In this document: positions 41,055-52,901 of the stretch, one piece after another
How the letters are laid out: each line of letters opens with the position of its first letter
Position numbering within the stretch: position 1 is the stretch's first letter
Source: Eledone cirrhosa
Lineage: Eukaryota
DNA length: 64,000 nucleotides
Direction of reading: 5' to 3'
NCBI GenBank assembly: GCA_964016885.1
Contig: OZ024741.1
Coordinates: 128,092,001-128,156,000, forward strand
The notes under the pieces: model-generated
The model's database searches: none
The model's input: only the letters and a program-made list of their open reading frames with translations
What the model was told of the DNA's origin: nothing
Made by a program: the position numbers and the translations under genes

Positions 41055-42150
41055 TATTCCTATACACCTTCAAAATGATCCTATTTTCTTTAAAAACTTA
41101 AATGAAAATGTTTTAAATTTTTTAATATTTCTAATATTTTTACCCTTTGACATTAATTTTTAAATTTTTTTTACTATATATGTATTTTTTTAATATATAT
41201 TTTTAATATTTTTAATTCTGACATTATTTTCCTAATGATACCCCTCTAAATATATTTTTTTAGATGTAGATTGATAATCTTTATTTGACATTCTGAAAAT
41301 TTATCCTCTTTATGATAGTTCTTCGAAATGCATATTACGTTTTTTCCTCTCCTTTTGATCTCTAAACTTTCGCACATCTTTCGACTAAAATAATTAATCT
41401 CACACAAAATAATATATAATTTTCTCTATATATTTTCTGAGTAAATAATTCATCAAATTTAACGGTTAACAAACAAGATTGGAGTTATCTTTCCCTCTTC
41501 AATCGTGCAAACATAAACATTATAATATAATATGTACGATAAATTATATAACTTCGCTAAATTAACAATATTCTGAAAACATTTTCAATGTTGGAACAAA
41601 ATATTCGAATCTACAAATTGTTATCCTCTCACAACTTGAATACAAAATCAACTTCCTTCGTAACTCATATTAGAAATATAAACAACTAATAATTGTAAAT
41701 TATTTCTATTTCTATACCTATACTTGCACAATTATTAATCTATACAAATATTTATATACATATGTAATTTATACACATGTACTGTAATAAGATAAAAATA
41801 CTTACAACCATAATTCTTCATATAATCTAATTTATTATAACTCATAATATAGCTAAATAAATTTAAATTCTGGAATCATATTCCACCATTCCCCCAAATT
41901 AACGTAAATACAAGCTCTTCTTCCTTTTTCTTCTTTCTTACGCATACATACACATATCCTAATTATTTAAATTCTCCATAGCGTGTAAAATAACATTTTT
42001 TTTAGCCCTATACCTCAACCTCATTTGTATACTCATCTTAATATTTTGAAATATCTGACTTCCCTTCTCTTATCCCTTCACTATCCAAGGAAAACTTGAA
42101 CCATTAAGGTATTTTTCTTGGTTATGTCAAAATTTATAAAGCAAACTTTG

Positions 42151-42211
42151 TATTTTCTCTGCTGAAAGCGTACCAAAGTTCTAGTACCCTAGAAATATAT
42201 ATAATAGAATA
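42151..42211 (+). ncRNA. Hammerhead motif with A6C core (CUGCUGA); mirror copy at 39469-39530 (-)
   Basis: UAUUUUCU-CUGCUGA-AAGCGUAC...GUACCCUA-GAAA-UAUAUA-UA-AUAGAAUA. Confidence 0.7.
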
Positions 42212-42347
42212 AATATGGTTTTATAAATATAGTTTCCATTTATTTAATATCATTGAATATTATACTCCAGAAAATTTGTCGAGTGGTTTGAATGGGTTAC
42301 AAACATTTATATTTGTTGAATTACCAACAAATTGAATATCCCTTTTG

Positions 42348-42382
<35 letters not shown>

Positions 42383-42460
42383 TGATGAGCAGAACAAACA
42401 AACATTAAACAATCCTTTAAATAAATTAAAAAATGATTTAAATATCTACCTGTTCATAAT

Positions 42461-42538
42461 GCTATTACCGGCGGTTTCCATTTACAAAGATTGGAAATTC
42501 AGAGAATTTTCAACGGAAAGTAAATTTCATCAGATAGC
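42461..42538 (-). ncRNA. Type-I hammerhead ribozyme, canonical core, extended stem II
   Basis: GCUAU-CUGAUGA-A-AUUUAC...(GAAAAUUC-UCU-GAAUUUCC)...GUAAAU-G-GAAA-CCGCCGG-UA-AUAGC. Confidence 0.88.
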
Positions 42539-42647
42539 TATTTCCTTTCTATAGGACATACGTCCCACGGTCCGCAAACCCTATATATCTCTATGGGTAC
42601 TTAGTACTCAGTGAGATATTTACCTCATTTATATATATATATATATA

Positions 42648-42820
42648 ATTGTCTCTACTTTAGGCACAAGGCCAGCAATTACCCAGTGCATTACTGGTAC
42701 TTTATTTTATCGACCCCGTAAGGATGAAAGGCAAAGTCAACCTCGGCGGGATTTGAACTCAGATCGTAAAGGGACGTAACTATGCTGGAAAGCATGGCGT
42801 CCGACCCTCTACTGATACTG
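42648..42820 (-). mobile_element. Young tRNA-derived SINE (5'-truncated)
   Basis: Near-identical to 34415-34560. Confidence 0.85.
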
Positions 42821-43003
42821 AAAGATGCTGATGTAACATAAATCGTTTATTCACTAATTATTTCAACGGTTCTCCCATGCAATCAAGATGTCATTCGTGC
42901 ATTTGTTGCTGTTATGAGAACGGTATCCTCAGATGAAATTCGGGTTTATGATATGCTGCCAGCAAGAAAAAAAACGTCCTTCTGCTCGTGCGTCCAGCTG
43001 GAG

Positions 43004-43043
<40 letters not shown>

Positions 43044-43044
43044 C

Positions 43045-43400
43045 TTCGTTTTTTTAATTTGTTTTGCAAGATTTCTTATCTGAAAACGTGTGTTGAAACA
43101 GATATTGTCATACTTTTGGAGAGTCAAGCTGCCAATAAAAACACACGCACTCTTGGTTTTCACTTTAGATTATCATATATTTCCGGTTGGTTGGTCGGTT
43201 GGTTTGTTGGTTCGATAACCGGATAGTTGTTTATATATTGTCAAAGGTCTTTTGTCACAGATTATGTGACCTCCTCAGTGACTGGGTTTTTATCTCGTGT
43301 CTCTCCTTTGTTGTGGCCTACACTATCATGGTGTGTGCTTACACGCATGCGTTTTATGTTATGTACGAGTACGTGTGTTCGTGTATGGGAATATCTCTAT
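43045..43400 (-). mobile_element. Penelope-like 3' terminal fragment with G12A-mutated hammerhead (43240-43282)
   Basis: GUCA-CUGAGGA-G-GUCACA-UAAUC-UGUGAC-AAAA-GACC-UU-UGAC; flanks match 47850-48100. Confidence 0.75.
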
Positions 43401-43771
43401 GTATATATCCATTCTTATATGTGCTAAGTTGTATATCCAGAGTGGGCCCTGTGGCAGCATAAAAGAATGAATATGGAATAAATATCCAACCACGCGAGTC
43501 TACATTTTAACACATATTTGAGGAGCTTCCAATCCCAGAGTTAGGATCGACCATTAATCGATCGTTCTACGAGCTGATCGACAATGAAGCGTATGTAGTA
43601 TGTAATTAAATATATATATGATGCAATACTAATTCTTTGTTCACTTATATATAATTATTGTATGATTGTATTAATTGCCACAAAATCAATTCAGTATATA
43701 TATATAAGGAAAAAAGATGAAATCGAAGATGCAACTGGAGTCTTTTTTTTTTAAATATATTTATTTGGTTC

Positions 43772-43807
43772 CTTTACCGGTTTCGCAGTTCTTGTGCTTT
43801 TCAAAAG
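43772..43807 (-). ncRNA. Minimal hammerhead with U3-A8 compensatory core
   Basis: CUU-UUGAAAA-GCA-CAAGAAC-UGC-GAAA-CCGG-UA-AAG. Confidence 0.72.
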
Positions 43808-43964
43808 TAGAATTGAGATGGAGGGTTTGTGACAAACCATCCATCTTTAAAACAATAGCGTAAGGTCTTCAAAATGCTTTTAATTAAGCATACAGTGTAT
43901 TACCAAATACACTATATATACATTCATATATACATCGCTATTTCAGAGCACCAATTCTAATTTT

Positions 43965-43994
<30 letters not shown>

Positions 43995-44001
<7 letters not shown>

Positions 44002-45210
44002 TAGGAATAACCAAAGAGTGCTTAGAAATACATTGTTTTATTAGCTAACAGTGTTTCATCCATACACCATGGCAGGAATCTTCAGAGCCTATAAACATGA
44101 GTATATCAGTAGTTGCATGCTCCATCGAGCTGCGTCACCAGAATAAGGTTAAATGACCAGCAGGGGGTCCCGAGGCTAGCGCTATATGGAAAAAGACAGA
44201 ATACATGATGCACATAATGTCATAAAATGTCTTAAAAATAAAAAATTAAAGATTAAAAATGACACCAAAAATGTATCACTTAGATGGTGCAATAGATGAT
44301 AAAGAGGTTGGGAGAGGGTAGCAATGGATGAGTGAGGGTATTACTCAGCATGATCAGAAACAATCAGAAAATATAAGAAAATAACAACAAAAATACAGGA
44401 GTAAGAAAAGAGATAAATACAAAAATACAAAACAATAAAGGAACAAAAAGCCCGGACCCCCCCCCCCCCCTCAAATATATATAAGACAAAGCAAAGCATA
44501 GATGCATCAAAGCACAAGCAGTGCAAAAAGAGGGGTACAGGCAGATCAAGAGAGTTTGCAAGCATGAGTCTGTGAAAAGAATAGTTGGTTAGCAGTAATG
44601 CAGCCTTACATGTATGATAGTCTATATGAGGGATGGAGTACAACATTGTATTTTTGAATTTATCTCTTTTCTTACCCCTGTATTTTTGTACTTTTTTATT
44701 ATTTTTTTTTTTGTTATTTTCTTATATTTTCTGATTGTTTCTGATCATGCTGAGTAATACCCTCACTCATCCATTGCTACCCTCTCCCAACCTCTTTATC
44801 ATCTATGGCACCATCTAAGTGATAAATTTTTGGTGTAATTTTTAATTTTTAATTTTTAAATTTTTAAGACATTTTATGACATTATGTGCATCATGTATTC
44901 TGTCTTTTTCCATATATCGCTGGCCTCGGGACCCCCCTGCTGGTCATTTAACCTTATTCTGGTGACGCAGCTCGATGGAGCATGCAACTACTGATATACT
45001 CATGTTTATAGGCTCTGAAGATTCCTGCTATGGTGTATGGATGAAACACTGTTAGCTAATAAAACAATGTATTTCTAAGCACTCTTTGGTTATTCCTATA
45101 ACTATAACGGCTCTGTAGTATACTAGTTATCCTACATTGAGCTAAAATCACACTGTCATACCAAGGGCAATATATCTAAATGTCTGGGCATATTGATATA
45201 TTTGTCAACG
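43995..45210 (+). mobile_element. Fold-back non-autonomous Penelope-like element
   Basis: Arms ~43995-44430 and ~44646-45106 are inverted near-identical copies; unique tail 45107-45210; (TA)n on both sides. Confidence 0.88.
45011..45057 (+). ncRNA. Minimal hammerhead, canonical core; mirror copy at 44043-44089 (-)
   Basis: GGCU-CUGAAGA-UUCCUGCUAUGGUGUAUGGAU-GAAA-CACUG-UU-AGCU. Confidence 0.8.
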
Positions 45211-45462
45211 AAATATATATATATATATATATATATAGTGTGTGTGTGTGTGTGTGTGTGTGTGGTTAGTACGGTGAAATACTTGTGTTAGTACCATATC
45301 AAGTACTCTATGCACAGACAGAGTGTATATAATAGAAAAAAACGAGGCAGTTTCGTTTACATAAGACCTATGTGTCACCCTGAGCCAATCCTCTGCGAAA
45401 CGTGCGTAACGGGTCGATACGCAATAAATATGTTTCATATGTAAACGAAACTCGTTTTTTTC

Positions 45463-45525
<63 letters not shown>

Positions 45526-45609
45526 TATCGAAAGTATTACAATATAGCAGATTTCTTCTAGATAGGGATAGAAAGTGAGAGAATGGAATCGAGAAAGAGA
45601 TATAGAGGA

Positions 45610-45745
45610 AGAATCGACCTCAGTATTTGACTGGTACTTTTTTTTTTACCGACCTTGAATAGGATCTGAACGGAGAGCCGAGTGCCGAAACGAATCTTGC
45701 AAAACATTCTATCCAAGGTTCTTACGTCTCTGCCAATTTGCCGCC
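45610..45745 (-). mobile_element. Degenerate SINE (octopus-type)
   Basis: aatcgacctcagtatttgactggtactttt...ctgccaatttgccgcc. Confidence 0.6.
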
Positions 45746-46079
45746 TATAGCTGAGGAACAGAAGGTCGTAAGAGTGAAAACTCACAGCGTTTTGATTGCT
45801 TGTTCTGTGAGCTTTACATATATAGATGGACATGCCAAACTTAAGTACAACGGTGTTTCCTGATGTCTATCTGACAGATTCCTGGAATCGATCACTGTCG
45901 TGGATAAAGATGTGATAATGCGGTTGAGAAACTAAGTTATTTAGATAGCTACCATCGAGCAAAAGGGTTAGCAATATCGCAGATGGTGTCGTTGGCAGCC
46001 GCCCCCCATATTTAAACATATCCCTGCTGACGGGTCCAGGGTAAATTCTACGACAATTGATTGATCTGAATGAATCAAT

Positions 46080-46735
46080 TATTATCACCAACAGCACCAC
46101 CACCGCCACCACCACTAACACCACCACCACTATTATCACCAACACCACCACCACCACCATCACCACCACCACTATTATCACCACCACCACTATTATCACC
46201 AACACCACCACCACTATTATCACCAACACCACCACCACCACCACCACCACTATCATCACCAACACCACCATCACCACCACTCTTATCACCAACACCACCA
46301 CCACTATTATCACCACCACCACCACCACCACCACTATTATCACCACCACCACCACCACCACCACTATTATCACCAACACCACCACCACCAGCACCACCAC
46401 TATTATCACCAACACCACCACCACCACCACTATTATCACCAACACCACCACCACCACCACCACCACTATTATCACCAACACCACCACCACCACCACTATT
46501 ATCACCAACACCACCACCACCACCACTATTATCACCACCACCACCACCACCAGCACCACTATTATCACCAACACCACCATCACCACTATTATCACCAACA
46601 CCACCACCACCACCACTATTATCACCACCACCACCACCACCACCACCACTATTATCACCACCAACACCAATAACACCACCACCACCACCACCACTATTAC
46701 CACCAACACCACCACCACCACCACCACCACCACTC
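46080..46735. repeat. (CAC)-based minisatellite with anchor ACTATTATCACCAAC
   Basis: Tandem variable-length units. Confidence 0.95.
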
Positions 46736-46892
46736 AATATAAAATAATCCTTTGAACCATAATTACAACGGGCGAGCTAATCATTGTAATTCACCCAAAT
46801 AATTAGTGTCAGGAATGTGTGGGGTGGGGGTGGAATGTATGGGGGGATATAGGGGTTGGTCAGGTGTAAGTGTGGTGATGAGGTGTGTTATG

Positions 46893-46936
<44 letters not shown>

Positions 46937-46999
46937 ATACATATATGATTGAATCATAGTGTTTGTGCTGAGAGTGTGTGTGTATGTGTGTGTGAGTGT

Positions 47000-47052
<53 letters not shown>

Positions 47053-47070
47053 GATGTATGTGTTTGTCTT

Positions 47071-47122
<52 letters not shown>

Positions 47123-47498
47123 TGATTGCGTTTGTGATGAAAGCGTGTATATGTGTGTGTGTTTCTGTGTTTGTATATATATATATATAAGTCTGTTATG
47201 GTGCGTGTATGTGTGTGTATGTGTTGGTCAGATATAAGCGTGATGATGTGTGTTATAGTATGTAAGTTTGTGTGTGAGTGTGTGCGTTTGTGTGTGTGTG
47301 TATGTATAAATATATGAGTGAGTTTATGTGTTGGTGTTGTGTGTATGAATCTGTTGGTCAGGTGTAAGCGTGATGAGGTGTTTGGTATATGTGATATCTA
47401 TGATGTGTGGTATATGTGATATCTATGATGTGTGATATCTATATGTATAGCTAGGAACTGTGTTATGGTGTGTATTATGTACGCGAAAATGTGTGTGT

Positions 47499-47532
<34 letters not shown>

Positions 47533-47560
47533 CGGGTGTCTGTGTATGTCAGCGTGTGTG

Positions 47561-47646
<86 letters not shown>

Positions 47647-47903
47647 AGTGTACTACAGTTTTTCACTTTGATTGGTTGTCTGTGCTGTTCTATATTTTCC
47701 TCCCTACACACTCAGTCTCCGTCTATATATATATTTCGTTTCTGAATTTGTTTAGCAAGATTATTTATCTGATTGTTTAGCAAGATTCCTTATCTGATTG
47801 TTTAGCAAGATTCTTTATCTGAAAACGTGTGTTGAACACACAAAAACAAGATGGCGTAGGACAGAACAAAGGAGAGGCACAAAAACAAAGAAAAGAATCC
47901 CCA

Positions 47904-47946
47904 GTCACTGAAGAGGTCACAGAATGTGTGACGAAAGAACTTTGAC
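47904..47946 (+). ncRNA. Minimal hammerhead, canonical core, within Penelope-like terminal fragment 47700-48100
   Basis: GUCA-CUGAAGA-G-GUCACA-GAAUG-UGUGAC-GAAA-GAAC-UU-UGAC. Confidence 0.85.
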
Positions 47947-48094
47947 AATATATGAACAACCGTGCGGTTGTGGAACCAACCAACCAACCGTAAATTTATA
48001 AATTCTTAAATTTATAAATTTAACTTATAATAAATTGGAGTGAAAGCAACTGGTGCGTGTGTTTCTTATTGGCAACATGACCCTCCCAAAGCAT

Positions 48095-48144
<50 letters not shown>

Positions 48145-48231
48145 GTTATTCCGGGTTGAATCGGAGGTAACCACAGTAAGTAAGGTACTCAATACATAGC
48201 AGAGTATAAAAGTTTTAATATAGATGAGATT

Positions 48232-48273
48232 CTACAGGACTAGAACTGTTTCATTCATTAGAAATCATCAGAA
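48232..48273 (-). ncRNA. Hammerhead motif truncated in stem I by (TA)n; degenerate copy at 58398-58440 (+)
   Basis: CUGAUGA-U-UUC-UAAU-GAA-U-GAAAC-AGUUCUA-GUC-CUG; downstream 48145-48230 matches 58440-58505. Confidence 0.6.
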
Positions 48274-48279
48274 TATATA

Positions 48280-48326
<47 letters not shown>

Positions 48327-48462
48327 AATATGTTTGTATTGGTATGTGTGTGTATGTATACATGTATGTATGTGTGTGCACGTTAATATGTTTTGTATGT
48401 GTATATATGTGTATATATACACATATTTATACATGTGTATATATTTATATACACACACATAT

Positions 48463-48551
<89 letters not shown>

Positions 48552-48676
48552 GACATATATACATATATACATATACATACATACATATATACATATATAC
48601 ATATATATAGACATATATACATATATATATATATACAAATATTTTTATACACACATATATATATATATATATATAT

Positions 48677-49132
48677 GATATTAACAAATGAAAACTATAT
48701 TTATAAAACCATATTTATTTCATTATACATATTTCAAGGACACCAAGTTAAATTATGGTGTGCTTTCATCAGATAAAATATAATATAGATCAGTTTTATA
48801 AATAAATATTGACATACCCTTAAAGAATGCAACCATTACTGTTGGAAGCTCCCGGATAGTGACTATCCGGGAGCTTCCAACAGTAATGGTTGCATTCTTT
48901 AAGGGTATGTCAATATTTATTTATAAAACTGATCTATATTATATTTTATCTGATGAAAGCACACCATAATTTAACTTGGTGTCCTTGAAATATGTATAAT
49001 GAAATAAATATGGTTTTATAAATATAGTTCCCATTTTTTAATATCGTATTTTTACTCCAATTATTTGTTGAGTGCTTTATATCAGTTATAAAATATTTGC
49101 TTGTTGTATCCCAACAATTTAAATAGAACTTT

Positions 49133-49135
<3 letters not shown>
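48677..49135 (+). mobile_element. Near-perfect palindromic element (1-nt loop at 48861) related to the pseudo-LTR of the 39426 element
   Basis: 48677-48860 mirrors 48862-49045; tail 49046-49135 resembles 42256-42350. Confidence 0.88.
48942..49006 (+). ncRNA. Type-I hammerhead, canonical core; mirror copy at 48716-48780 (-)
   Basis: UAUUUUAU-CUGAUGA-AAG-C-ACACCA-loop-UGGUGU-C-CUU-GAAA-UAUGUA-UA-AUGAAAUA. Confidence 0.88.
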
Positions 49136-49210
<75 letters not shown>

Positions 49211-49354
49211 TACATATATATATATATATAAATATCTTTATACATATATACACACACGAAGGACTCTCTATATACACACATATCTATCTATATACACACA
49301 TGTGTGTGTATGTTGTATGTATGAATACATATACATATTTTTATCTGTGCGTGC

Positions 49355-49386
<32 letters not shown>

Positions 49387-49827
49387 GTTTGCGTGTGTGT
49401 GTGCCTTTGTATTTGTGTGTATTTGTCTGCATATGTATGCATATGTGTGTGTATGTGTGTGTATTTTGCTTCCATTTGTGTTTGTATGTGTGTGATTTAA
49501 AGGTGATGGTTATGTATGATCTCTACTGAAAGTCGGCAGACGATCAAAGTGTAGGAAAGTCCGGTCAGTAACGTTGCTTAATGAGCTGACTTACTACTTG
49601 AACCATATTCCGCCTAAACGGAACCTCCTGCTGGTCAATATATGGATGTAGGAGGTATTGGTAAGGCAACACATACACTTGTGTTTCTATATATATGCCT
49701 ATATGCCTATATATACGCGCATGCAATCACGCATGTACACACATATATATACACATGTGTTTAACTATATATACATATATATATATATATTTATTTATGT
49801 ATATGTGTGTGTATGTATTAATGTATG

Positions 49828-49908
<81 letters not shown>

Positions 49909-50011
49909 ATTAATGTATGTATTAATATGTATACACAGTTCAAGAGTAACCAATCTTAAAGAGAGAGATATGGGGCTAGGAGAGGAGATAGGAGAGGAGA
50001 GATTGGTGAAT

Positions 50012-50073
<62 letters not shown>

Positions 50074-50103
50074 TATATTTATGCATGTATATATTAATGC
50101 ATG

Positions 50104-50153
<50 letters not shown>

Positions 50154-50240
50154 TATATTTATGCATGCATATATTAATACATGTATATATATATATATAC
50201 ATATATATATTTATGTATATGTGTATGTATGTATTCATGT

Positions 50241-50277
<37 letters not shown>

Positions 50278-50294
50278 CACACAAACACACACAC

Positions 50295-50369
<75 letters not shown>

Positions 50370-50394
50370 ATAGACACACACACACACACACGCG

Positions 50395-50478
<84 letters not shown>

Positions 50479-50529
50479 TAATAAAGGGAGTTAGAAGTGG
50501 CACTAACATAACATGGTCCATCATAGTTG

Positions 50530-50835
50530 TGTATGTGAAAGCACACACTATAAATTTATGTATAATAAACAGTCAAGTGTCTCGTTATGAATTATTTTAA
50601 AGCTGTGATCATGTCACAGCTATCACAGTAGTGGTGAGAATGCCAGGCAGGTATTTCTGGAAACTTATCTGTCATCGTTGTCGTTTACTCACCCTTTGGT
50701 GAGACAAAGTAAATGTCATCGATGTAAAAACTCAGAAACAGCTGTCTGGTATTTTCACTGCAACTGAGATCTCTGTGACATGATCACAGCTTCAAAGACT
50801 TGACAGCTAGACTCTCGTAGGTGCTTTCATATACA
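50530..50835. mobile_element. Degenerate fold-back/MITE-like palindrome
   Basis: tgtatgtgaaagcac / gtgctttcatataca; aagctgtgatcatgtcacag / ctgtgacatgatcacagctt; gtgagaatgccaggcag / ctgtctggtattttcac. Confidence 0.6.
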
Positions 50836-51057
50836 TCCTTATGGTATATATAAATGTACTCAATACGTGGAAGTATGTAGAATTAGGTTCATTCAAAGCT
50901 GAATTTAAGTGAATCGCTATTAAAGCTCTAAGTTTCCTCTTCACCGCGTCACTCTTGATAATTTTAATTTCAGCTTTTATTTATAGTTTGAGATCTTCAA
51001 CTGAAAAATAGATTACGAAAACACTACCCACCTGAAAAACGACAATACTAATCTCGG

Positions 51058-51845
51058 AGTTGTACTATTTTTATTCTGAGCATAACACTTCATTTCAGGT
51101 TGCTCCAGTATACTCCGCTGAAAATGAGTATCAGAAATAGCCCCCTGTCCTGGGCAGTCTTGTACTCTCAGTCGCTTCACGTCACAGAAACCGGGATAAG
51201 CATGTAGCGGAAATACTTCATGCCTTGCAATAACAATATTTCATATGTGATTTGGTTAAACAAACCAATCGTATTAGATCGCGTATGAATACATTGTTGC
51301 CTCCTCCTCGTAAAACCTTCTGGTTCACCAGAGAGATGACCCTGGACAGCAAGATGATAAGACGTACTACGGAGTAGCTCCTATATATTCCTCGTATTTT
51401 CCTGTGAAGACGAACTAAATATTTATCAATGAGACGTATTCAACATTTCGGGAATTGTTCTATTACGGTATGTTATGTTCTAGGAAGTATCTGCCTAACT
51501 TCAACCTAATAGCCAGTAATTGCTTTCAATTCTTATATCCTCCTGTGTATATAAATTCGGTCTTCTAACAATAAATATGTGTTTATATCGAATTGAGTGT
51601 TAAAAAAGATAATTATTTATACATGGATGTCAGAAGCCTGTCGCTGCAAGTAAAAGAAGGATTACACTGACCAAGGTATTTCCTTAAGACCTCCTCTAGA
51701 AGGAATTAAATTATACAATTGTTTGTGATAAACAAGTCTATAAATGTTTCAACCTGTAATTATTAAAAGAGGCATTTGACTCTCGTTTCCTTATAAGCAC
51801 CGGCCTGAAGAGGCTCCGAGTTCGAGACGGACTTTAGACTTTTAG
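51058..51845 (+). mobile_element. SINE (32784 family) interrupted by a solo LTR
   Basis: ...gtactctcagtcgcttcacgtcacagaaaccgggataagca [insert] agcaccggcc...gactttagact; the two parts join to match the 32784 copy. Confidence 0.8.
51203..51795 (+). mobile_element. Solo LTR (Gypsy-like)
   Basis: Termini TGTAGCGGAAA...TTTCCTTATA (decayed TACA), 4-bp TSD AGCA, internal TATATAAA (~51548) followed by AATAAA (~51570). Confidence 0.75.
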
Positions 51846-52346
51846 AAATGTTGAAGAGAAGAAATATGGGGCAATGATAGAACATTTTGGGATGAAGTGG
51901 GATTGGTTACTGTGTATGGGGAGTATTGATTCAGTGAAAAATATGGATATTATATAAAATATATAGAATTGAGATAATGATAAAAACCAAAACAAAAGAG
52001 TTTTCAGTATGAAATGAAATAAACGATAGGATTAAGTAGAAGATATGTGAAATTGTAAAGATTGCAAAGATAACATAGATCTGCAAAAACCCGAGTTATC
52101 ATAATGGGGGGGGGGGGGGTCCAAGACAATTTAAAGGGGTTTGATGATTCATGATTGTAAATTCGGGTATGCGTATGTATATATATATATATATTTATAT
52201 ATATATGTATGTATTACTGTGTGTGTATGTATGCAAGAATCTCAACATATATATTTGTATATACATTGTACACATACATAAATACACATCTACACATCTA
52301 CACATCTACACACACACACACACGCACACACACATATATATTTATA

Positions 52347-52404
<58 letters not shown>

Positions 52405-52600
52405 TACTTGGGGGGGGGGGGGTCATATTTGTGTAATATTGCCAGAATTAATAACAGAACACACTCAGTGTTTGGTTGGTTTTCGCTTCTGTGTCTTTTA
52501 TATCGGTTAATTTAATTTATTCGGACCTCAATGTTGCCATTGACTGACCAACTGTCAAAAATACAGATACAATATAGACACAAACACATATATATAGTCT

Positions 52601-52642
52601 ATCAAAGTTCTTTCGTTGCACATCTGCAACATCGTCAGTGGT
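52601..52642 (-). ncRNA. Minimal hammerhead, canonical core
   Basis: ACCA-CUGACGA-U-GUUGCA-GAUG-UGCAAC-GAAA-GAAC-UU-UGAU. Confidence 0.8.
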
Positions 52643-52901
52643 GTTATCGTTTCCTTCCGTTGCATTGTATTTTCTACGCCATCTTTATTTAGTCTGTTTA
52701 TATATTTATTTATTTGTTTTTTTTTTTGTCTTCTTTGCGCATGCGTTTGCGTGTGTGTATAGTGTTTTGTTTGATGTGTGTTCGTGTTTGGGTGACTGTG
52801 TATTGGTTAATGTATTCTATCTTTACTAGTGTGTGTTTACATGTGTTTGTTGTTATTGTGCTTGTGTATGTATTTATTTATTTATCTATTTATTTATTTA
52901 T

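Larger units (their letters stand above)
39426..42350 (+). mobile_element. 5'-truncated Penelope-like retroelement with inverted pseudo-LTR arms
   Basis: Arms 39426-39981 and 41698-42255 are inverted copies; unique 3' tail to ~42350; flanked by TA/CA microsatellites; internal RT/GIY-YIG remnant. Confidence 0.92.

Noticed and set aside
45375-45418. Possible hammerhead ACCCTGAG...GAAACGTGCGTAACGGGT in a small fold-back (45331-45458)
   Set aside because: Core lacks NGA and stem II is unconvincing; at best a decayed relic.
45785-46066. Candidate minus-strand exon (acceptor TTCATTCAG, donor GTGAGT)
   Set aside because: All three frames contain stops between the sites; no recognisable homology.
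51800-51835. Hammerhead-like CTGAAGA...GAGA in a SINE tail
   Set aside because: No GAAA or stem I, and the homologous SINE at 33010 lacks the motif.
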